Of a stretch of 11,064 nucleotides of DNA, positions 6,434-11,064 are shown piece after piece; position 1 is the stretch's first letter, and every line of letters begins with the position of its first letter. The notes under the pieces were generated by a model. That model did no database searches. It was not told where the DNA came from and saw only the letters and a program-made list of their open reading frames with translations. This stretch comes from Aquificaceae bacterium (GTDB lineage Bacteria; Aquificota; Aquificia; Aquificales; Aquificaceae), in NCBI GenBank assembly GCA_037924335.1, contig JAXSMZ010000033.1, positions 1 to 11,064 on the forward strand, read 5' to 3'. The translations under genes were made by a program, and so were the position numbers.

Positions 6434-6461
6434 TTGATAATGAACAAACATTCATTAATAT
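6434..6461 (+). promoter_or_regulatory. Putative sigma70 promoter of the metal uptake operon
   Basis: TTGATA (6434-6439), 16 nt, TAATAT (6456-6461). The region is very AT-rich, so other registers are possible. Confidence 0.4.
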
Positions 6462-6486
6462 TATTTTTGTTTAAAAAATAATATTA
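6456..6486. promoter_or_regulatory. NikR-type operator palindrome
   Basis: Perfect 13-bp inverted repeat TAATATTATTTTT-gttta-AAAAATAATATTA containing TATTATT-N11-AATAATA (6459-6483), which fits the Helicobacter NikR consensus TATWATT-N11-AATWATA; lies directly before the SD of the first operon gene. Confidence 0.7.
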
Positions 6487-6497
6487 GAGGTGGAAGT

Positions 6498-7181
6498 ATG
6501 AGATGGTTGATCCTGATGGTCCTTTTGCCATCTGTTGTTCTCGCCCATGAGCTCTGGTTTGAAAAGAGTGGGGATAAGATGGTGCTTTATTACGGTCATA
6601 TGGAACCCAAGTCGGGAGAAGAGCGGTTTATAAAATACAAGCCAAAGAGTGTTTTAAGAGTTTCTTGCTTTGATGCCAACGGAAGGGGCTTAGCGGTTAA
6701 GGTGGAGAAGACATATCCCCTTTCAATGCCTACCCTTTGCTCCGTATACTATGCTCTTTTTTCTACAGGATATTGGACAAAGACGGTGGAGGGTCTGAAG
6801 AATCTTTCTAAAGACGAAGTCTCAGGTTCTATAGAAAGCTGGCTTTCTTACGAGAGTGTCAAAAGGGTGGACGGCTGGACAGATGCCCTTTCAAGACCTT
6901 TGACAGAAGACATTGAGATAGTTCCTTTGGAAGATCCTTTTGGGGTAAAGGTGTACGAAAAGATAAGTCTACGCGTTTATTACAGAGGAAAGCCTGTAAA
7001 GGATGCTGTGGTTGCTTATGATGAACATCCCATAGGTACAACAGACGAGGAGGGAAGGATAAGCGTAAGGGTCAGGCACAAAGGAATCCAAAGGATAAGC
7101 ACATCCGTAAAGGAAAAGGCAGATGGAGTGAGAGCCGATTACATCATAAGATCTACAAGCCTTATCTTTGAGGTCAAATGA
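6498..7181 (+). CDS. Periplasmic DUF4198 / NikK-like nickel uptake protein
   Basis: Signal peptide ending VLA then HELW; YYGH; C-terminal IEIVPLEDP...VYYRGKP...TTDEEGRI pattern typical of DUF4198; first gene of the ECF operon. Confidence 0.8.
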   Translation: MRWLILMVLLPSVVLAHELWFEKSGDKMVLYYGHMEPKSGEERFIKYKPKSVLRVSCFDANGRGLAVKVEKTYPLSMPTLCSVYYALFSTGYWTKTVEGLKNLSKDEVSGSIESWLSYESVKRVDGWTDALSRPLTEDIEIVPLEDPFGVKVYEKISLRVYYRGKPVKDAVVAYDEHPIGTTDEEGRISVRVRHKGIQRISTSVKEKADGVRADYIIRSTSLIFEVK

Positions 7182-7588
7182 TGTTTATCTTGCTTGTGAT
7201 TATGTTGGCTTTTGCCCATGAGCTTCAGCACAGCGTACACAGGGAAGGGAAATGCTTAACGGTTAGCTTTTTCTTTCCTGACAACACCAAGTTCTCTTAC
7301 GAGAAGTACGAAGTCTACAAAGACGGTGAAAAGCTTCCCTTTCAAGTAGGTAGGACAGATGCGCTGGGAAGGGTAGTTTTCTGTCCTGGATCGAGCGGTG
7401 TTTGGAAAGTGAAAACCATGTCGGAGGACGGTCATGGCTCAGAAGTGAGCATCGACTTTGAAGGAGGGTTAGTGGAAGAAAGGGGTAAAAACCTCTTTGA
7501 GAGATATGAAAAGGTTTTTATAGGCGTTGGGATACTTCTTGGTATCTTTGGCTTTTTTGAACTCTTCATAAGGAGGTTGAGAGGATGA
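7178..7588 (+). CDS. NikL/CbiL-like membrane-anchored accessory component
   Basis: Short signal ending AFA then HEL; FQVGRTDALGRVVFxP...GVWKV...DGH; single C-terminal TM helix; ATGA overlap with the upstream gene. Confidence 0.72.
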   Translation: MMFILLVIMLAFAHELQHSVHREGKCLTVSFFFPDNTKFSYEKYEVYKDGEKLPFQVGRTDALGRVVFCPGSSGVWKVKTMSEDGHGSEVSIDFEGGLVEERGKNLFERYEKVFIGVGILLGIFGFFELFIRRLRG

Positions 7589-8610
7589 AAAGGGGATTGT
7601 TGGTAGCGATTCTTTTTGCAGTGAGCTCCTCCTTTGCTCATCATGGAGTTGCCTCTTTGGGTACTGGAGGTTTGGAGGGTCCAGGTTCTCCCCTTGAAAC
7701 CTCAAGCTCTGCAACGCTTCCAGAGGGAAAGTGGCTTTTTTACCTCAAGCTAGACCATGTAAAATGGAGAAAGTACAGCTTTTCCCAGTTCCCAGACCAA
7801 AAGGACACGTACGATTTCTGGATGTACGGAATAGGATACGGCGTGAGACCTTGGCTATCCCTTTATCTCTTCGTTCCCTACTATGTGAAGAAGGAAATAA
7901 AAGGAGGAGGAAATTACTCTTATACGAACGCAGATTTTTCAGACATGTCTTTTATGGCAGTCCTTGGGTTTAAGTACGACAAAGGTTTTAAGCTCATTCC
8001 AAAGAAGGAAAGCCTTGATGACCTTATGGACTGGCACTTCACCCTGTACGGCGGAATGTCTTTACCCACAGGAAACCCAAACAGATATGATAGGGCAAAG
8101 GACCCAAAGGGAGATTTTGAGCCCGATATGACAACTGGCTTTGGGAAACCTTCCCTAACGCTTGGCTTTACTGCAACGAAACAGATTTTAAGCTACCCAA
8201 GGTTTACCTTTGTTTTTGATACAAATTACACAAAATTCTTTGAAAACACCTACAACTACAGGAAGGATGGTTCAAAAAAGAAGTACAAGTTTGGGGATGA
8301 GTTCAGGCTAAATACGGCTGTAGCTTACAGACTGTACAAAAGCGAGGAAAAGAAATTCCGTGCTGATGCTCTTTTGGAGGCAAACTTTCAGTACAATGGG
8401 AGGGATGAAGAGGATAAAGTAAAGCTTGAGGACTCTGGAGGTAATATACTTTATGGAACTGTGGGAACGAGGCTTTATTACAAGAGCTTATCTCTTGGTG
8501 TTGGTGTAAAAGTTCCTGTGTGGAAAAAGTTAAACAGAGAACAGGAGCAGCAGGGAAGCGAAGGAAAAGAAAGGTACAGGCTGATTTTAACTCTTTCAAC
8601 GCTCTTTTAG
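7585..8610 (+). CDS. Putative outer-membrane beta-barrel transporter, 341 aa
   Basis: Signal ending SFA then HHG; many alternating aromatic/hydrophobic strands (YGIGYGV, LSLYLFVPY, GGMSLPTG, LNTAVAY, YGTVGTRLYY, LGVGVKVPV); C-terminal Phe. Resembles MetA-pathway/SphA-like barrels (inference). Confidence 0.72.
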   Translation: MKRGLLVAILFAVSSSFAHHGVASLGTGGLEGPGSPLETSSSATLPEGKWLFYLKLDHVKWRKYSFSQFPDQKDTYDFWMYGIGYGVRPWLSLYLFVPYYVKKEIKGGGNYSYTNADFSDMSFMAVLGFKYDKGFKLIPKKESLDDLMDWHFTLYGGMSLPTGNPNRYDRAKDPKGDFEPDMTTGFGKPSLTLGFTATKQILSYPRFTFVFDTNYTKFFENTYNYRKDGSKKKYKFGDEFRLNTAVAYRLYKSEEKKFRADALLEANFQYNGRDEEDKVKLEDSGGNILYGTVGTRLYYKSLSLGVGVKVPVWKKLNREQEQQGSEGKERYRLILTLSTLF

Positions 8611-8619
8611 GAGGTAAAG

Positions 8620-9255
8620 ATGCATATACCCGATGGCTTTTTGGCACCTCAGGTTTACGTTCCAGCTTACCTTTTAGACCTAAGCCTCATGTTTTATGCT
8701 CTGAAAAGCTTCAAAGAAAAGCTTAAAGAAAGAACTGTACCCTTCATAGCTTCCCTATCTGTTATGTCTTTCATACTCATGTCCATAGCCATACCTATGC
8801 CCGGTGGCACATCTGTACATGGCTTAGGCGTTGCTAGCATCTCTCTACTCTTTGGCCCCTGGACTGCTTTTGTTTGCATCTCTTTGGTTCTTTTCCTTCA
8901 GGCTTCAGTCTTTGGAGAAGGTGGTATTACAAGCTTTCCCATAAACTCACTTGGCATAGGCCTTGTAGGGAGCCTCTCATCTTACTACGTTTACAGGGTG
9001 CTGAGCAGGTTCATCGGGGAAAAGATGGCCATTTTTATATCTGGTTTCTTATCGACAGTTCTCTCAGCTCTCTTCATAGCCTTAGTGCTAGGTCTTCATC
9101 CTTATCTCTTTATAGACTCTTCTGGAAGGCCTCTTTACTTTCCCTTTAAGTTCCGTGTTGTTATTCCAGCAGTGCTTTTACCCCATATACTCGTCGGCAC
9201 AGGGGAAGGTTTGCTCACTCTGCTGGTTGTTAAGACCATAAGGAGCAGGATATGA
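8620..9255 (+). CDS. cbiM: Ni/Co ECF transporter substrate-binding component NikM/CbiM
   Basis: Hallmark N-terminus MHIPDGFL; PGGTSVH; LFLQAxxFGEGG; GEGLLT; polytopic membrane protein; SD AGGAGGT. Confidence 0.93.
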   Translation: MHIPDGFLAPQVYVPAYLLDLSLMFYALKSFKEKLKERTVPFIASLSVMSFILMSIAIPMPGGTSVHGLGVASISLLFGPWTAFVCISLVLFLQASVFGEGGITSFPINSLGIGLVGSLSSYYVYRVLSRFIGEKMAIFISGFLSTVLSALFIALVLGLHPYLFIDSSGRPLYFPFKFRVVIPAVLLPHILVGTGEGLLTLLVVKTIRSRI

Positions 9256-9815
9256 GGGATAAGCTTCTACTCCTTCTGTACGTCTTTCTCCTTTTGTTCT
9301 TATCCTCTTTAAGAGGCGTAGTAGAGCTTTTTATAATCTTGTTTCTCCTTCTTTTTACACTTTTGCTTATGCCCATAAAGAGAAAGTTAGATGTGTTAAA
9401 GACCTCCTTTCTATCATTTTTCTTTTTTAGCTCTGTTGTTTCTACTTCCTATCTTATGACAGGTTTTTGGCTAAGGGAGAATCGTTTTGACTACTTTTTG
9501 ATGATAAACCTTAGGTCTTTTGACCTTACCCTTCTGACTTTCCTTTTTCTTAGGACTATAAATCTGTACAAAGCTCTGGATTTTTCAAAAACTCTGAGCG
9601 CTTTACTCGTTATCACCATGAGCCATACAATATCCTACCGTAGACTCTTCTGGGATTTTATGGATGCTTTTAAGAGTAGAAAGATTGAAAAGCCAAGCAG
9701 GAGCACAGCTCTTACCTTTTTAAGGAGATTGTCCCTATTTTTCTTCGAAAAGTCCATAAGCATGTCTGAAGAGATGCACCAAGCCTTGAAATCCAGAGGA
9801 TTTTATCATGATTGA
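9252..9815 (+). CDS. cbiQ: ECF transporter T component NikQ/CbiQ (short form)
   Basis: Hydrophobic N-terminal half; coupling-helix Arg motifs AFKSR and ALKSRGF; located between the M and O genes with overlapping start/stop codons. Confidence 0.82.
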   Translation: MRDKLLLLLYVFLLLFLSSLRGVVELFIILFLLLFTLLLMPIKRKLDVLKTSFLSFFFFSSVVSTSYLMTGFWLRENRFDYFLMINLRSFDLTLLTFLFLRTINLYKALDFSKTLSALLVITMSHTISYRRLFWDFMDAFKSRKIEKPSRSTALTFLRRLSLFFFEKSISMSEEMHQALKSRGFYHD

Positions 9816-10563
9816 ACTAAAGGGAGTTTCTTATAGATACAAAGATAGGGAAGTCTTGAAGGATATAAACCTGAAGGTAGATGAGGGTGATAGGGTGGTT
9901 CTCCTTGGTATAAACGGCTCTGGTAAGACAACGCTCTTGAAGGTCCTAAACGCTCTTTTGTTTCCACAGAGGGGTTCTTACCTGTACAGAGGAAAGGAGA
10001 TAAGGAAGGAAAGCGTTAGATGTAAGGAGTTTAATAAATGGTTTAGGAGAGAGGTAGTTTTGCTCTTCCAGAACCCTGATGTGATGCTCTTTAATCCCAC
10101 CGTCTATGACGAGATAGCCTTTGGACTGAGACAGCTCGGTATGGATGAGAGGGAGATAAAAGAGGAGGTACTCTTTTGGAGCAATAAGTTTGGCCTTCAT
10201 CTCTACCTTGAAAGGCCTCCCTTCGAGCTGAGCGGGGGAGAAAAACAGAAGCTCTGCCTTGCATGCCTTCTCGCACTAAGGCCGAAGGTTCTGCTCCTCG
10301 ATGAGCCGACCGCCAACCTTGACCCAAAGACCGTCGGGTGGTTTATAGACCTCCTCTATGAGATAAACATCACAAGCATAATATCTACGCACAACCTAAG
10401 CTTGGCTCCAGAGTTGGGGGAAAAGCTGATAGTACTTGGTGAAAACCATACAGTAGTCTATCAGGGGAAAGCAAGGGACTTTTTGGAAGACAGGGGGCGC
10501 CTTATGGAAGCTGGACTCCTCCATAAGCACGGTCAGAAAGGCTATCACCTCCATGGCTTCTGA
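9808..10563 (+). CDS. cbiO: ECF transporter ATPase NikO/CbiO
   Basis: Walker A GINGSGKTT; Q-loop FQNPD; signature LSGGEKQ; Walker B LLLDEPT; H-loop STH; His-rich tail HKHGQKGYHLHGF. Confidence 0.93.
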   Translation: MIELKGVSYRYKDREVLKDINLKVDEGDRVVLLGINGSGKTTLLKVLNALLFPQRGSYLYRGKEIRKESVRCKEFNKWFRREVVLLFQNPDVMLFNPTVYDEIAFGLRQLGMDEREIKEEVLFWSNKFGLHLYLERPPFELSGGEKQKLCLACLLALRPKVLLLDEPTANLDPKTVGWFIDLLYEINITSIISTHNLSLAPELGEKLIVLGENHTVVYQGKARDFLEDRGRLMEAGLLHKHGQKGYHLHGF

Positions 10564-10572
10564 TATGTTCGG

Positions 10573-10601
10573 TTGAAAAGTGTTGATCTTTGATATATAA
10601 T
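10573..10601 (+). promoter_or_regulatory. sigma70 promoter of the tRNA cluster
   Basis: TTGAAA (10573-10578), 17 nt, TATAAT (10596-10601). Confidence 0.8.
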
Positions 10602-10627
10602 AAGCAAGATAGGCAGGAGTTTCTAAA

Positions 10628-10700
10628 GCTGGCGTAGCTCAGTCGGCAGAGCGCGGGATTTGTAATCCCGCGGTCGTGGGTTCAACTCCCACCGCCAGCT
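10628..10700 (+). tRNA. tRNA-Thr(TGT), CCA not encoded
   Basis: Acceptor GCTGGCG/CGCCAGC; anticodon stem CGGGA/TCCCG; TGT at 10661-10663; T-loop TTCAACT. Confidence 0.96.
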
Positions 10701-10709
10701 TAGACTTTA

Positions 10710-10796
10710 GGAGGGGTGGCCGAGCGGCCAAAGGCAGGGGACTGTAAATCCCCCGGGCTCCGCCCTACGCAGGTTCGAATCCTGCCCCCTCCACCA
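10710..10796 (+). tRNA. tRNA-Tyr(GTA), CCA encoded
   Basis: Acceptor GGAGGGG/CCCCTCC; GTA at 10744-10746; long variable arm; T-loop TTCGAAT; ends ACCA. Confidence 0.97.
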
Positions 10797-10868
10797 GCGG
10801 GCGTAGCTCAGTGGTAGAGCAGCTGCCTTCCAAGCAGCAGGTCGTGGGTTCGAGTCCCATCGCCCGCT
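10797..10868 (+). tRNA. tRNA-Gly(TCC), CCA not encoded
   Basis: Acceptor GCGGGCG/CGCCCGC; anticodon stem GCTGC/GCAGC; TCC at 10829-10831; T-loop TTCGAGT. Confidence 0.96.
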
Positions 10869-10896
10869 CTTGAAAAAATCCTATATTTTACACATT

Positions 10897-11064
10897 ATGG
10901 TGCTAAAGCTCAAGATAAGAAGGCAGGATAGGTTAGAAGAAGGTGCTTTTTATCAGACCTTTGAAGTCCCCTATGAAGAGGGTATGACCTTTCTGACGGC
11001 TTTCAACAGGATCAAAGAAAATCAGGATGAGACTTTTACCTTCCGTCACTTTTGCAGGGCCGGG
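10897..11064 (+). CDS. frdB: Fumarate reductase / succinate dehydrogenase iron-sulfur subunit, 5' part; continues beyond the window end
   Basis: Manual translation: MVLKLKIRRQDRLEEGAFYQTFEVPYEEGMTFLTAFNRIKENQDETFTFRHFCRAG, matching the SdhB/FrdB N-terminus up to the first [2Fe-2S] Cys (CRxG). frdB versus sdhB cannot be decided from this fragment. Confidence 0.85.
   Translation, partial: MVLKLKIRRQDRLEEGAFYQTFEVPYEEGMTFLTAFNRIKENQDETFTFRHFCRAG

Noticed and set aside
6390..6497. Cobalamin or NiCo riboswitch upstream of the ECF operon
   Set aside because: Region is short and extremely AT-rich with no GC-paired stems; DNA operator palindromes explain it better.
5825..10327. Short alternative ORFs inside c552 and the nik operon (5825..6028, 6859..7041, 7432..7644, 7469..7714, 7731..7973, 8303..8647, 8520..8726, 8694..8879, 8874..9149, 9946..10200, 10091..10327)
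   Set aside because: Off-frame or antisense to tightly coupled, motif-bearing genes; no independent support.
1..11064. CRISPR array, integrase or defence system
   Set aside because: No regularly spaced repeats and no cas, integrase or toxin-antitoxin motifs recognised by eye.

Overview
Bacterial chromosomal window, most likely Aquificaceae (Hydrogenobacter-like), judged from a cytochrome c552 very close to my recollection of the H. thermophilus protein. Left to right: the 5' part of a Tat-exported transglutaminase-like gene (minus strand, missing from the ORF track); a ~0.9 kb decay zone (internally deleted IS256-family element with both ends intact, bacteriohemerythrin pseudogene, 3'-truncated tRNA-Arg(CCT)); a Pho-box-like promoter with phoU coupled to an NtrY-type histidine kinase; three minus-strand genes (hypothetical, Cys-rich multi-zinc-ribbon protein, prepilin-like protein); cytochrome c552; a small putative Zn-binding protein; a six-gene nickel/cobalt ECF uptake operon (nikK-like, nikL-like, outer-membrane barrel, M, Q, O) behind a NikR-type palindrome; a tRNA Thr-Tyr-Gly cluster; and the start of an FrdB/SdhB Fe-S subunit. 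The best candidate for an under-described system is the nickel operon, with its small TonB-independent-looking barrel and its set of proteins that begin with His. All calls come from reading motifs by eye; no searches were run.
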